From an uncultured Clostridia bacterium (GTDB lineage: Bacteria; Bacillota; Clostridia; Christensenellales; UBA1242): a DNA stretch of 64,000 nt. This document shows, piece by piece, positions 9,476 through 19,760 of the stretch. Positions within the stretch are counted from its first letter, which is position 1, and the number at the start of each line of letters is the position of its first letter. The stretch spans positions 2,812-66,811 of the forward strand of contig CALVNY010000013.1 in the NCBI GenBank assembly GCA_944350085.1. The letters run 5' to 3'. Under the pieces are notes generated by a model. The model was given only the letters and a program-made list of their open reading frames with translations, had not been told where the DNA came from and ran no database searches. The position numbers and the translations under genes are program-made.

Positions 9476-10255
9476 ATGTTAAAATTAGTTTTAGGAATTT
9501 TAATTCCATTTTTTGGAACAATGCTTGGTGCTTCAATGGTGTTTTTTATGAAAAAAAACATCAATGAAAAGTTGGAAAAAGTTTTGTTAGGCTTTGCAGG
9601 TGGGGTAATGATTGCGGCATCAATTTGGTCATTAATATTGCCATCAATAGAACTTTCATCAAACATGGGCAATTTATCTTTTATTCCAGCATTGGTTGGA
9701 ATTGTTTTGGGTATGTTGTTTTTGTTACTTTTGGACAGCATAATACCACATTTGCACATTAACAGTCAAAATCCAGAGGGTATGCCTTCTAAATTAAAAA
9801 GGGCAACAATGCTAATGCTTTCAGTAACACTTCATAACATACCGGAAGGTATGGCAACTGGTATAGTGTTAGCAGGAGCGTATTTTGGTAGTGCAGAAAT
9901 ATCTATGTCAGGTGCATTAGTTTTGGCAGTTGGCATAGCAATACAAAATTTTCCAGAAGGGGCAGTTATATCAATGCCATTAAAAGGTGAAGGATTAACA
10001 AAATCAAAATCATTTTTGTATGGCTCAGCTTCTGGAATTGTTGAACCAATATTTGCAACACTAACTATATTATTTACAAAACTTGTAACTCCAATTTTGC
10101 CATATCTATTGTCGTTTTCAGCAGGAGCAATGATTTATGTTGTTGTTGAAGAATTGTTGCCAGAATCTCAAACGGGCAATCACACAAACATGGCAACGCT
10201 AAGTTTTATGTTTGGATTTGTAATAATGATGGTGCTAGATGTTGCACTAGGCTAA
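9476..10255 (+). CDS. zupT: ZIP-family divalent metal (zinc) transporter
   Basis: Multi-TM protein with HNIPEGMA and QNFPEG motifs. Confidence 0.7.
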   Translation: MLKLVLGILIPFFGTMLGASMVFFMKKNINEKLEKVLLGFAGGVMIAASIWSLILPSIELSSNMGNLSFIPALVGIVLGMLFLLLLDSIIPHLHINSQNPEGMPSKLKRATMLMLSVTLHNIPEGMATGIVLAGAYFGSAEISMSGALVLAVGIAIQNFPEGAVISMPLKGEGLTKSKSFLYGSASGIVEPIFATLTILFTKLVTPILPYLLSFSAGAMIYVVVEELLPESQTGNHTNMATLSFMFGFVIMMVLDVALG

Positions 10256-10295
10256 AAATAAAAAAACAAACAATGCTTAACAATTAATTAAAACA

Positions 10296-10323
10296 AAAAG
10301 GAGTTTTTTAAACTCCTTTTTTT
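10296..10323. terminator. bidirectional terminator between convergent genes
   Basis: AAAGGAGTTT / AAACTCCTTT hairpin flanked by an A-run and a T-run. Confidence 0.7.
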
Positions 10324-11401
10324 AGTGATTAACAATATTGTTGCAAATATCAAAAATAAATGTGTTTTTAACTTCTTCCTTTACATTTTCAAAAGAACAA
10401 TTATAGGCAAAAAGTGGAACATTGTTTGAAGAGTGTGAAGATTTAGTGTAAAGTTTATTTGATATGTCGTTTTTGGTTTTTGCTGCTTTTAGTCCACCTG
10501 TTTCGTGGTCGGCAGTAATTAAAATGGCAGTATCATTTCTATTAAAAGCAAAATCATACACAGTGTTTGCAATATCAATTAATGTTCTAACTTCAAATAG
10601 TGCGCTTAATAAATTGTTGTCGTGGCTAAACTTGTCAATATGGGCACACTCAATCATTAAAACAAAACCATTTTCATTGTCTAAAAAATCTAATGCGTAT
10701 TCTGCAATTAAATTAAAATTGGTTTGGTTTGATTCGTTTGTATTGTAAATAGATTTTAAGTTTGGTATGTTTGCAACAATTTTTGTGCTATCTTTTTTTG
10801 AGTTAAGTTCATCTAAAGAATAACACATATTGTAGCCATTAGATTCAAATTGAGATCTGTATTCTGTGTATTTGCTAGAATTTTGTCCAACAAAGAGATT
10901 AATATTGCTGTTTGCTTGGTCAATTATAATATCTTCGTAATTACTTCTTTTTTTGGTGTGGCTTGAAAAAGATGCTGGAGTTGCGCCATAAAGATTGTCG
11001 GTTGTAATAATGCCTGTTTTTTTGTTTTTGGAAATTGCAATTTCCATTATGTTTGTAAGGGTTTTACTGCCATTCATGCCAATTCTTTTGTTGTAAACAT
11101 TAACCCCAGTTGCCATTGCAGTTGCAGCAGCAGCACTATCGGTAGTACCAATAGATTTTGATGATGTGTTAACCGAACAAAGATAATCATCTTCAAAAAC
11201 CAAGTTTTCCAATTCAAAATAAGTTTTTGCATTGTTTAGGTGGTTAAACCCCATGCCATCGCCAATTATTAAAATTACATTTTTAATAGATTCGCTTGTT
11301 GTGATTGTTGGGTCAGGGATAGACTTAACACATCCAATAAAACTAAAAGAAATTAAAAGAATAATTGAAAACACCAAAATTTTATTAAAAACTTTTTTCA
11401 T
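10322..11401 (-). CDS. alkaline phosphatase, lipoprotein
   Basis: Signal peptide with lipobox SFIGC. GDGMG and TDSAAAATAMATG (active-site Ser), plus TADHETGG. Confidence 0.8.
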   Translation of the reverse strand: MKKVFNKILVFSIILLISFSFIGCVKSIPDPTITTSESIKNVILIIGDGMGFNHLNNAKTYFELENLVFEDDYLCSVNTSSKSIGTTDSAAAATAMATGVNVYNKRIGMNGSKTLTNIMEIAISKNKKTGIITTDNLYGATPASFSSHTKKRSNYEDIIIDQANSNINLFVGQNSSKYTEYRSQFESNGYNMCYSLDELNSKKDSTKIVANIPNLKSIYNTNESNQTNFNLIAEYALDFLDNENGFVLMIECAHIDKFSHDNNLLSALFEVRTLIDIANTVYDFAFNRNDTAILITADHETGGLKAAKTKNDISNKLYTKSSHSSNNVPLFAYNCSFENVKEEVKNTFIFDICNNIVNH

Positions 11402-11484
11402 TTGTCACCATAAAAAAATAGATTGTCATTTATATTTTAAACTTTGCAAAAATTAAATCAAAATGATTTTAATCATTACTAAAA

Positions 11485-11850
11485 TTATTTTTTTGTTTTA
11501 GCACAATCATCACAAATGCAGTTTATGGATAAGTTATAATCTAAAATGTTTGCATTTTCGCATTTTATCTTTTTTAAATTTACAATATTTTCAAACACAT
11601 CAATAACCTTTCCACATTTAACGCAAACCAAATGATTGTGCTTTTTAGTGGTAATGTCAAAAACATCAGGGCCATTTGATATAGAAATTTTGCTTATCTC
11701 ATTATTTTCAAGCATTAAATTTAAATTTCTATAAACTGTTCCTAATGCAATATTTGGCATGGTCAACTTTGCAAATTTATAAACATTTTCGGCTGTTAAA
11801 TGACCATACGCTTTTAAGATTTTAACAATTAATTCTTTTTGTTTTGTCAT
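11485..11850 (-). CDS. perR: Fur-family regulator, probably PerR-type
   Basis: Winged-helix N-terminus, HNHLVCVKCGKV and CxxC (CICDDC) zinc sites. Divergent from rubrerythrin. Confidence 0.65.
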   Translation of the reverse strand: MTKQKELIVKILKAYGHLTAENVYKFAKLTMPNIALGTVYRNLNLMLENNEISKISISNGPDVFDITTKKHNHLVCVKCGKVIDVFENIVNLKKIKCENANILDYNLSINCICDDCAKTKK

Positions 11851-12105
11851 ATTCTTATTCCTAATTAATTAATAGTAACATAAACACAATGTGTTGTCAA
11901 AGAGTTGACAAAACATAAAATAAACATTAACATATTAATGTATATTTTTAAGAATTGTTCTTAATTTTAAATAAGTTATTAATTTATATTGCTTATTAAT
12001 TAATATTATAGTTTATATTATTAATTTTAAATTAAACAATTTTTAAAATTTAAAATTTAACAACAAATAAAAAGTCAATTAATTATTTTTAAAAAGGAGA
12101 AAATT

Positions 12106-12642
12106 ATGAATAAATACAAAGGCACAAAAACAGAAAAAAATTTACTAGAAGCATTTGCTGGTGAAAGCCAAGCAAGGAATAAATACACATATTTTGCAAG
12201 TGTTGCAAAAAAAGAAGGATATGAACAAATTGCAGAAATCTTTACCAAAACTGCAAACAACGAAAAAGAGCATGCAGAATTATGGTTTAAAGAATTGGGT
12301 CTTTTAGGCAACACAAGTGAAAACTTATTGCACGCAGCAGAAGGCGAAAATTATGAGTGGACAGATATGTACGAAAGATTTGCAAAAGATGCTGAGGAAG
12401 AAGGATTTACAGTTTTAGCATACAAGTTTAGAGAAGTTGCAAAAATTGAAAAAGCACATGAAGATAGATATAGAAAATTATTAAACAATGTTGAAATGCA
12501 ACAAGTTTTTGAAAAGAGTGGCGAAACAATGTGGGAATGCAGAAATTGTGGACATTTAGTAATTGGCAAAAAAGCACCAGAAGTTTGTCCTGTTTGTGCA
12601 CACGCTCAAAGTTATTTTGAAGTTAGGGCTGAAAATTATTAA
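12106..12642 (+). CDS. rbr: rubrerythrin
   Basis: Ferritin-like [10 protein letters not shown] / EKEHAELW / EGENYEW / EKAHEDRY motifs, plus a C-terminal rubredoxin domain with CRNCG...CPVC. Confidence 0.9.
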   Translation: MNKYKGTKTEKNLLEAFAGESQARNKYTYFASVAKKEGYEQIAEIFTKTANNEKEHAELWFKELGLLGNTSENLLHAAEGENYEWTDMYERFAKDAEEEGFTVLAYKFREVAKIEKAHEDRYRKLLNNVEMQQVFEKSGETMWECRNCGHLVIGKKAPEVCPVCAHAQSYFEVRAENY

Positions 12643-12654
12643 TAGGAAAATAGT

Positions 12655-13128
12655 ATGAACTTTGGGCTTGAACCTATATATAACAAAGAAAGCAAAATTT
12701 TAATTTTGGGCAGTTTCCCTGGTATAAAAAGTAGAAATGTTCAATTTTACTATGGCAACCCACAAAATAGATTTTGGAAAATGTTGCAAGATACATTCAA
12801 AATAGATTTTAATGTGCCAGTGGGTAAAAAAATTGAAAATTTACATAAGTTAAACATTGCACTTTGGGATATTGTAAAAAACAGTAATATAAAAAATTCA
12901 AGCGACTTAAACTTATTAAAAAACACAACGCAAAAGGATATAAACAACATTGATGAATTGATAGCAAAAACAAATATTAAAAAAATATTGTGCAATGGCA
13001 AAGCAAGTTACAATTTATGTTGTAAATATGTTAAAAGTGATGTTAAAATAGTTTATGTGCCATCAACAAGCCCTGCATGTGTAAAATTTAATCAATCAAA
13101 ATGGGAAGAGGAGTTAAAAAATATATGA
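12655..13128 (+). CDS. UDG-superfamily DNA glycosylase, hypoxanthine-DNA (deoxyinosine) glycosylase type
   Basis: ILILGSFPGIKS...FYYGNPQNRFW and PSTSPA motifs. Confidence 0.6.
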   Translation: MNFGLEPIYNKESKILILGSFPGIKSRNVQFYYGNPQNRFWKMLQDTFKIDFNVPVGKKIENLHKLNIALWDIVKNSNIKNSSDLNLLKNTTQKDINNIDELIAKTNIKKILCNGKASYNLCCKYVKSDVKIVYVPSTSPACVKFNQSKWEEELKNI

Positions 13129-13508
13129 AAAAATTAGTATTTTATAGATGTTCACATTGTGGAAATGTTAGCGTTAAGTTAGTTGACAAAAAGGTTCCAA
13201 TGTTTTGTTGTGGGGAACCAATGCAAGAATTAAATGCTAACACAACAGACGCGGCACTTGAAAAACATGTTCCTGTTGTAACAGTTGATGGGCAAAATGT
13301 TGAAGTTTTAGTAGGATCAGTGGCTCACCCTATGACAGAAGAACATCACATTGCTTTTATTGTTCTTCAAACAAACTTAGGATATCAAGTTAAAGAACTA
13401 GACCACACTGGCACACCAAACGCAAGTTTTGCTTTGTTAAAAGATGAAAAATGTGTTGCAGTTTACGAATATTGCAATTTGCACGGACTTTGGGCTTATA
13501 ATATGTAA
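13125..13508 (+). CDS. dfx: desulfoferrodoxin (superoxide reductase)
   Basis: N-terminal CSHCGN...CCGEPM desulforedoxin-like site. EKHVPV, HPMTEEHHI and CNLHGLW centre-II ligands. ATG overlaps the upstream stop (ATGA). Confidence 0.85.
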   Translation: MKKLVFYRCSHCGNVSVKLVDKKVPMFCCGEPMQELNANTTDAALEKHVPVVTVDGQNVEVLVGSVAHPMTEEHHIAFIVLQTNLGYQVKELDHTGTPNASFALLKDEKCVAVYEYCNLHGLWAYNM

Positions 13509-13538
13509 TGTGTAAAAACAAAAATATCAATTAAAAAA

Positions 13539-13566
13539 AGAGCAGATTAAAATCTGTTCTTTTTTA
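13539..13566 (+). terminator. rho-independent terminator
   Basis: AGAGCAGATT / AATCTGTTCT hairpin followed by T6. Confidence 0.7.
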
Positions 13567-13701
13567 CTATTATTTAAAACTTAACATATGATTTAAGATT
13601 TAACATATGATATGAATTTTTGTTTTGAAAATTTAATTTTTAAATTTAATATTATTTTATTTTAATTAATACTGCTTAATTTTAAAATTATTAAATTTTA
13701 G

Positions 13702-15288
13702 TTAGTTTATTGTTCCGCCCAATTTTCTGTAAATGCTTTCGGCAACTTTTATTCCATCTTGTGCACTAGAAACAATACCACCAGCATATCCTGCACCTTC
13801 GCCAACTGGGTAAAGATTAAGTATGTTGCTTTCAAAATTTTCATTTCGCAAAATGGTTAGTGGGCAACTGCTTCTAGATTCAATGGCAATAAGCAAGTTT
13901 TCATCTTTTGCAAAATTTTTAAGTTTCTTATTTAAAAGTGGCAAACCAATTTTTAAACTTTCAGTTACAATCGCTGGCAAACATTTTTCAATTTCAGTAA
14001 AAGTTATGTTTGGTTTGTAGGAATAATTTATGCTGGTTTTAATGTTTTTATTATACAAAAAACTGCCAACAGTTTGAGCGGGTGCATTATAGTTTTTGCC
14101 ACCAATTTCAAAAGCAAGTTTTTCATACTTTTCTTGAAAGTAAATTCCAGCAAGTGGGTGAGTGGAGTTGTAGTCACTTGGCAAAATATTAACAAGCACG
14201 GCACTATTTGCATTTTCTTTGTTTCGTGCAAAGTTACTCATGCCGTTTGTTACAATTTCTCCTTCATTTGAAGAACTTGCAACAACCTCTCCACCCGGAC
14301 ACATACAAAATGTAAAAATTGCTCTGCCATTATTTAAATGTTCAACCAGTTTGTAGTCGGCATTAGGAAGTCCTTTTGGTTGTTCAAGCCCATATTGACT
14401 TAAATTAATGTCGCTTTGTTTTTGTTCAATCCTAACACCCATTGCAAAAGGTTTTTGCTTAATTTCAACTCCTTGGTCGAATAACATTTCAAAAGTTTCT
14501 CTTGCACTGTGTCCAACACAAAGTAGTAGGTAATCAACATTAATTGTACACTTTTTGTCAGAAACCACATCAACTAAGTCAATAGATTTAACTTTATTGT
14601 TTTTAATATTTATATTTGTTAGTTTGGTGGAAAACATAAAAGTTCCACCAAGTTGTTTTATTTCTTCTCTAATATTAAGCACAACATTTTTTAGTTTGTC
14701 GCTTCCAATGTGTGGTTTGCTTAAATAAGTAATTTCTTTTGGCGCGCCATGCAAATAAAGTTCTTGAATAACCATTTTGCAATATTCGTTGTTAAGATTA
14801 GTGTTTAATTTTCCATCACTAAAAGTGCCTGCACCACCTTCGCCAAATTGAACATTTGAGTGTTTGTTTAAAATTCTGTTGTTCCAAAAATTTAACACAT
14901 CTTTTTCCCGTTCGTCTACCATTTTGCCTTGTTCAATAATAATAGGATTTAATCCCATTTTTGCAAGTGCAAGTGCACTAAAAATTCCGCTAGGGCCAAA
15001 TCCAACTACAACAATTTTTTTGTTTAAATTCAACTTTTTGTAATTCAACTTTTTGGGGGTGTTGTTAAATTTTAAATGCTCAAATTTGTTTTCAACAAGT
15101 GTTGATAGTTCCACACCCAAGTTTGCAACATATTTTATATTTGGTTTTTTTCTGGCATCAATGGCAAGTTTTAAAAATTCATAAGCCAAAATGTTTTTTG
15201 GGTTAATATTTAGTTTTTTGCAAATTTCTTTTTTAATGTCTTTTTCGGTGTAATTGATGGGCAAAAAAATTTGTTCTACCTTAATCAT
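13702..15288 (-). CDS. FAD-dependent protein of the COG2509 type (uncharacterised flavoprotein)
   Basis: Dinucleotide-binding VVVGFGPSGIFSALALA. GTFSDGKL. C-terminal YPVGEGAGYAGGI. Confidence 0.65.
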   Translation of the reverse strand: MIKVEQIFLPINYTEKDIKKEICKKLNINPKNILAYEFLKLAIDARKKPNIKYVANLGVELSTLVENKFEHLKFNNTPKKLNYKKLNLNKKIVVVGFGPSGIFSALALAKMGLNPIIIEQGKMVDEREKDVLNFWNNRILNKHSNVQFGEGGAGTFSDGKLNTNLNNEYCKMVIQELYLHGAPKEITYLSKPHIGSDKLKNVVLNIREEIKQLGGTFMFSTKLTNINIKNNKVKSIDLVDVVSDKKCTINVDYLLLCVGHSARETFEMLFDQGVEIKQKPFAMGVRIEQKQSDINLSQYGLEQPKGLPNADYKLVEHLNNGRAIFTFCMCPGGEVVASSSNEGEIVTNGMSNFARNKENANSAVLVNILPSDYNSTHPLAGIYFQEKYEKLAFEIGGKNYNAPAQTVGSFLYNKNIKTSINYSYKPNITFTEIEKCLPAIVTESLKIGLPLLNKKLKNFAKDENLLIAIESRSSCPLTILRNENFESNILNLYPVGEGAGYAGGIVSSAQDGIKVAESIYRKLGGTIN

Positions 15289-16427
15289 AGTTGTTCCCCC
15301 ACAATGTGTCCGCTAGTCCAAGCCCATTGTAAATTGTATCCACCACATACGCCATCAACATTGCACACTTCGCCTGTAAAATACAAATTTTTTACTTTTT
15401 TGCTTTCTAGCCCCAATGTTAATTCCGACAAATCAACACCACCAGAAAAAATTTGATTATTTGAATATGCACCCACAATGTTAAATGTTAAATTTTTTAA
15501 TGTGGTTGCTAAAACATTGATTTCATTTTCAGTTAATTCTTTTGAATCAATGTTGCCATTTAATTTTGATTGCTTTAAAACTTCATCGGCAACACTATTT
15601 TGCAAAAACCCAACAAAAAATTTGTTAAGTGGAACATTTAACATTTTTCTATTTTCTAGTTTTTGTTTTAGTGTGGATAATGGAAGGGAAGGGAATATAT
15701 CAATAACAATTTTTCCATTAAAATTTTTTGCTCTAGAAAAAATGCTTGAAAGGTTAAATATTACAATTCCACTTAAACCATCTTCTTTAAACAAAACTTC
15801 TCCCATTTCGCTCTTTTTGTTGTTTTCACAAATTGCAGTAACTAATGCGTTTGATATTCTAACGCCATTTAAGTTTTTTAAATTGTTGGAACATTTTAAT
15901 GCAACTAGGCTTGGAGTAAATGATGAAGATAAAATATTTAAATTTTTAAAAAGTTCCGTGTTGCCACCAGTTGAAATTACAAGTTTTTTGCAAGAAAAAA
16001 TATTTTTGTTTGTGCTTACAACAAATTTTTCATTTTCTTTTTTTATGTTTAAAACGGTTTCATCTAAAAACATTTCAACTTTGTTTTTCAAATCTTTGCT
16101 TAAAACATCAACAACCGATTTTGCTGAGTTTGTTATAGGATAAACTCTATTTTCTTCATCGGCATACCACTCTAAACCTAGTTTTTCAAAAAACGCAAGA
16201 GTTTGCTTAACATTAAATTGGTTTAGATAGGCATCAATATTTGTGTTGTAAAATGATGAATCTAAATTTAAGTTTGTTAAATTGCACCTTCCGTTTCCTG
16301 TTACTAAAATTTTTTTGCTTGGCAAAAAATTGCAATCAATTATTGCAACATTTTTATTTTTTGTGCTTAGTGCACACATTGTGCCACTTGCACCACAACC
16401 AATTATAATTGCATCATAATCTTTCAT
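15285..16427 (-). CDS. HI0933/YhiN (BaiN-like) family flavoprotein
   Basis: DAIIIGCGASG, TGNGRCNLTN, and C-terminal LYFTGEVCNVDGVCGGYNLQWAWTSG. Confidence 0.75.
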   Translation of the reverse strand: MKDYDAIIIGCGASGTMCALSTKNKNVAIIDCNFLPSKKILVTGNGRCNLTNLNLDSSFYNTNIDAYLNQFNVKQTLAFFEKLGLEWYADEENRVYPITNSAKSVVDVLSKDLKNKVEMFLDETVLNIKKENEKFVVSTNKNIFSCKKLVISTGGNTELFKNLNILSSSFTPSLVALKCSNNLKNLNGVRISNALVTAICENNKKSEMGEVLFKEDGLSGIVIFNLSSIFSRAKNFNGKIVIDIFPSLPLSTLKQKLENRKMLNVPLNKFFVGFLQNSVADEVLKQSKLNGNIDSKELTENEINVLATTLKNLTFNIVGAYSNNQIFSGGVDLSELTLGLESKKVKNLYFTGEVCNVDGVCGGYNLQWAWTSGHIVGEQL

Positions 16428-16471
16428 ATTTAAACTCTTTGTAACCTTAAGATTTTTGATTTAAATTATTT

Positions 16472-17038
16472 TTACTTTTTATAATTTTCTTCAATATATT
16501 TAAAAATTTTAGTGTAAACAGGAATCATGTGGGGCTCAGTTGACTTCGACAAAAATTCATCAAACGGCAACCATGCAATGTTGCTGTTTTCTTCTTCTAA
16601 AATTCTAATTTTTGATTTTTCGCTTGCTTGAAACAAATAAGCAACACTTAAATGAGTGTGGCAAGAAACATATTTTCCTCGTCTTAAATGGGAAGCAACA
16701 GGCAATATTTCAAAAGAAATTGGTGTGTTTTCTAACACTTTAATTTCATTGGCATCAAGTCCTGTTTCTTCTTGTGTTTCTTTTAGTGCAACATTAAGTA
16801 AATTATGTTCGCCATCTGCGTGGCCACCAACCCACGACCACGATTTGTATATGTTGTGAAAAATCACCAAAATTTTTGTAAAATCTTCATTTACTATAAC
16901 AGCAGAACTTGTTAAATGGCATAGGGTGTTGTCCCTTGTCCAAATATCATTAAATAGATTGTGGTATTTTTCGGTTAGTTCAACATCAACTTTTTCTTGT
17001 TCGTTTTTTGGTTTAAATCCACACAAAATATCCATCAT
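16472..17038 (-). CDS. Nudix hydrolase
   Basis: Nudix box GGHADGEHNLLNVALKETQEETGL. Confidence 0.75.
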   Translation of the reverse strand: MMDILCGFKPKNEQEKVDVELTEKYHNLFNDIWTRDNTLCHLTSSAVIVNEDFTKILVIFHNIYKSWSWVGGHADGEHNLLNVALKETQEETGLDANEIKVLENTPISFEILPVASHLRRGKYVSCHTHLSVAYLFQASEKSKIRILEEENSNIAWLPFDEFLSKSTEPHMIPVYTKIFKYIEENYKK

Positions 17039-17180
17039 TTGTTTCTCCTAAATTTATTAATACTAGTAAAGTATATCATATTTATTGTAAAAAATCATAA
17101 AATTTGTTACTATAATAAATATTAAAACAAATTAGATTATTTTTAAAGTTTTACTTATAATAATCTTAAAGAGGTAATAA

Positions 17181-18710
17181 ATGCTTAAACACAAAAAATT
17201 ATTATTATTGATTTTTAGTTTAATATTTGTTTGTTTGGCAAACTTTAACAACTTGGAAGTTGCAAATGTTGTTTCGGCAAGTAATTCAAATGCTATTGAA
17301 GTAAATAATTCTGTTTTGGCAACAGATACAACAGACGATTTAAGTAAAAGATACAAAGTTAAAGAAGGTGCAGTTTTGCCAGAAGATCCACTTGCTGTGG
17401 GTGGAATTATAACCAGCGTGTCGGACAATTTACTTAGTGAAAAATTGCTTAGCATATACAAACATTATGACGATAGATACACTTCTAATTATTTAAGAAT
17501 GGATATGTTTAAAAACTTTACAATGCTAGATTTGTCTAACATTGTGCAAGGAACAAGCAATGTTATAGATTTGTCGGGCATTAAGTTTTTAAATTTTGAA
17601 AGTTTGGAAGAGCTAAATTTAAGCCATAACAACATTGAAAACTTTGATGTTACTGTGTTTCCGGGGGTAAAAACAACCACAAATGAAGATAATTCAGTAA
17701 CAATAAGTGTTGGCGACACAAGCCCTGTTAAAAACATAAAAACGCTAGATATCTCTAACAATAATTTAAGTGGAACACTAGATGTAACATATTTTACTAA
17801 GTTAACAAATTTTAATGCTGGCAGTAACAAATTTGAAAGTATTAAATTTTTAACCACGCAAGAAAGCGATTGTGTTTTAGATTATAGGAACAATAACATT
17901 TTAAATTTTAGTGATTTAACATTGCCAACTTATGCCACAACAAAACTAATTTTGTTTGGCAACCCAATTTCAACTATTGATGCAATTCCAAGCAATGTTA
18001 GCGTTGAAATAGGCTTATTAAATTTATCTGAAAATATTGATAGTTCGGTTTATTTAAAGTATATTGCTTTTGAAACTTTACCAATTGATATAAAAATTTA
18101 TACTAAATCTTATGATGAAGAAAGTGAAGAAGCAATTTATACAGAGTACAATTATAATCCACAAAACCTTTCAAACTTTATGTTTAAATTAGGCGCAAAC
18201 AATTACAAAATTGATTTTGTTGATAGAAACTCAAATGAAGTTTTGTTAAGCAAAGAAATAACTGTAACTCCACCTAATTCGTCATTTACATTTGTGGTAA
18301 AAAATAAAGACCAAGGTAGCGACTACAATAAAAACAAAATTTCACAAAAAGCATACATTTATTTTAATGTTGCTATGGAAAATGGCGAACCTAAAAAAGA
18401 TGAAAATGGCAATTTAGTTTTGATAAATCCAGACATTAAAGTGTATTTTAGATATGGAAATGTTGGCAAGTGGATTGAAGGTAACATTTGTGATGTTACA
18501 AAAGGAAAAGGAACTTACAATGTAAGTTATAAAACAGTGGAAAATGGGATTGAAAGTAGGGTAAATCAAATCCCTTTACAAGTGTCTTATAATAGAATTA
18601 TTCCAGATTTTGCAATAATTGTAATAATAATATTGGCAATAATTTTCTTGGCATTAGTTGTTGTTCCTTTAATAAAGAAGTTGTTAGACAAAATGTCAAA
18701 ACCAAACTAA
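17181..18710 (+). CDS. leucine-rich-repeat surface protein with signal peptide and C-terminal TM anchor
   Basis: Signal-like N-terminus. LRR units (LDLSNI..., LNLSHNNIENF, LDISNNNLSG). C-terminal hydrophobic IIPDFAIIVIIILAIIFLALVVVPL. Confidence 0.7.
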   Translation: MLKHKKLLLLIFSLIFVCLANFNNLEVANVVSASNSNAIEVNNSVLATDTTDDLSKRYKVKEGAVLPEDPLAVGGIITSVSDNLLSEKLLSIYKHYDDRYTSNYLRMDMFKNFTMLDLSNIVQGTSNVIDLSGIKFLNFESLEELNLSHNNIENFDVTVFPGVKTTTNEDNSVTISVGDTSPVKNIKTLDISNNNLSGTLDVTYFTKLTNFNAGSNKFESIKFLTTQESDCVLDYRNNNILNFSDLTLPTYATTKLILFGNPISTIDAIPSNVSVEIGLLNLSENIDSSVYLKYIAFETLPIDIKIYTKSYDEESEEAIYTEYNYNPQNLSNFMFKLGANNYKIDFVDRNSNEVLLSKEITVTPPNSSFTFVVKNKDQGSDYNKNKISQKAYIYFNVAMENGEPKKDENGNLVLINPDIKVYFRYGNVGKWIEGNICDVTKGKGTYNVSYKTVENGIESRVNQIPLQVSYNRIIPDFAIIVIIILAIIFLALVVVPLIKKLLDKMSKPN

Positions 18711-18864
18711 TCATTACAATGTGTTTAAAATATAGTGATAATAAGTTTGGTATAAAAGTTAACATTATAAATAGAAAGAAGTGCTGTGCACTTCTTTTTT
18801 TAACGGAATAAATTGTTTAAATTTACAAAAAATAAATAAAAACATTAATTAATAGGAGATTAAA

Positions 18865-19668
18865 ATGAAATCTAAATTGGCTTCAATAATTAGCATAGCA
18901 AGTGTTATTATGGTGGCGGTTGTGGTTAGTTTGATTATAATTTTTACAGGCATAAAAAATGGTGGTTACAATTATGTTAAATTGCAAAGTGGTTTTGAAA
19001 TAGAGTTTATAACAAATAGCAAAGACAAAGTAATAAGTTTTAAACCACTTAATGAAAAAGCAAGGCTTATTATAGCCAACGAAAATTTTGATGGAATAAG
19101 TGTTGAGGAGGCAATAAACAATGTTCTTATAGAATCATTAAAAATGGGTTACTTGAGTACAAACGATGATGATTTTAATGTTATAAAGTTAACTGTTGTT
19201 TCGGGGCTAACGCAAGCAGTTGATGTTAATGTATATAGAACAGTTAATAATTTTTTAGTAAATAACGAGGTGTTGGCGCTTATAATTGAAAATCAAAACG
19301 ATATGGAATATGTTAAAGAAGCAAAACAATTAGGAATTGGAACAAATAAATTGGCGTTAATTAATTCTGTAATTGAAAGTTCTACTAAGTTAACAAAAGA
19401 ACAATTAAAAAACAAAACAGAAGATGAGTTAATAGATATCATAAAAACTTTACAAGAAAATTATATGAAAAACAACCCAATAACAGAAGATGAAATCCAA
19501 CAAAAAGAAGATTTGATTGAACAAAATCAAGATAACTACAATTTGCATATTTCAAATATTAATAATAAAGAAAAAGGGGCATTTGTTTCAAAACTTCAAG
19601 AGTTGCAGAGTACAGAACAAAGAAAATACGAACTTAACTTTTCAAAACACTATAATTTAAATGTGTAA
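18865..19668 (+). CDS. N-terminally membrane-anchored hypothetical protein
   Basis: AGGAG RBS. A single TM (IISIASVIMVAVVVSLIIIF) followed by a soluble domain and a coiled-coil-like tail. No motif recognised. Confidence 0.5.
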   Translation: MKSKLASIISIASVIMVAVVVSLIIIFTGIKNGGYNYVKLQSGFEIEFITNSKDKVISFKPLNEKARLIIANENFDGISVEEAINNVLIESLKMGYLSTNDDDFNVIKLTVVSGLTQAVDVNVYRTVNNFLVNNEVLALIIENQNDMEYVKEAKQLGIGTNKLALINSVIESSTKLTKEQLKNKTEDELIDIIKTLQENYMKNNPITEDEIQQKEDLIEQNQDNYNLHISNINNKEKGAFVSKLQELQSTEQRKYELNFSKHYNLNV

Positions 19669-19760
19669 AGGCTAAATATTTAACAAAGCAAATATTTTAG
19701 TTGAAAAAAAAGGCATTTTTTAGTAAAATAAAATATAAGATGTTATTATATGGGGTGGAT

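Noticed and set aside
9361-9759. 132-aa minus-strand ORF
   Set aside because: It overlaps the start of the ZIP transporter gene on the opposite strand, with no RBS or motif. The ZIP gene has clear family signatures.
13581-13611. Direct repeat TTAACATATGAT x2 (13581-13592 and 13600-13611)
   Set aside because: It is a short AT-rich repeat in the dead zone between two convergent genes, downstream of both. Nothing there would be regulated, so it is most simply slippage or low complexity.
15478-16143. 221-aa + strand ORF in the track
   Set aside because: It lies entirely antisense to the well-supported HI0933-family flavoprotein gene. It has low-complexity F/L/S-rich composition, no RBS and no recognisable motif, as expected for a shadow ORF in AT-rich DNA.
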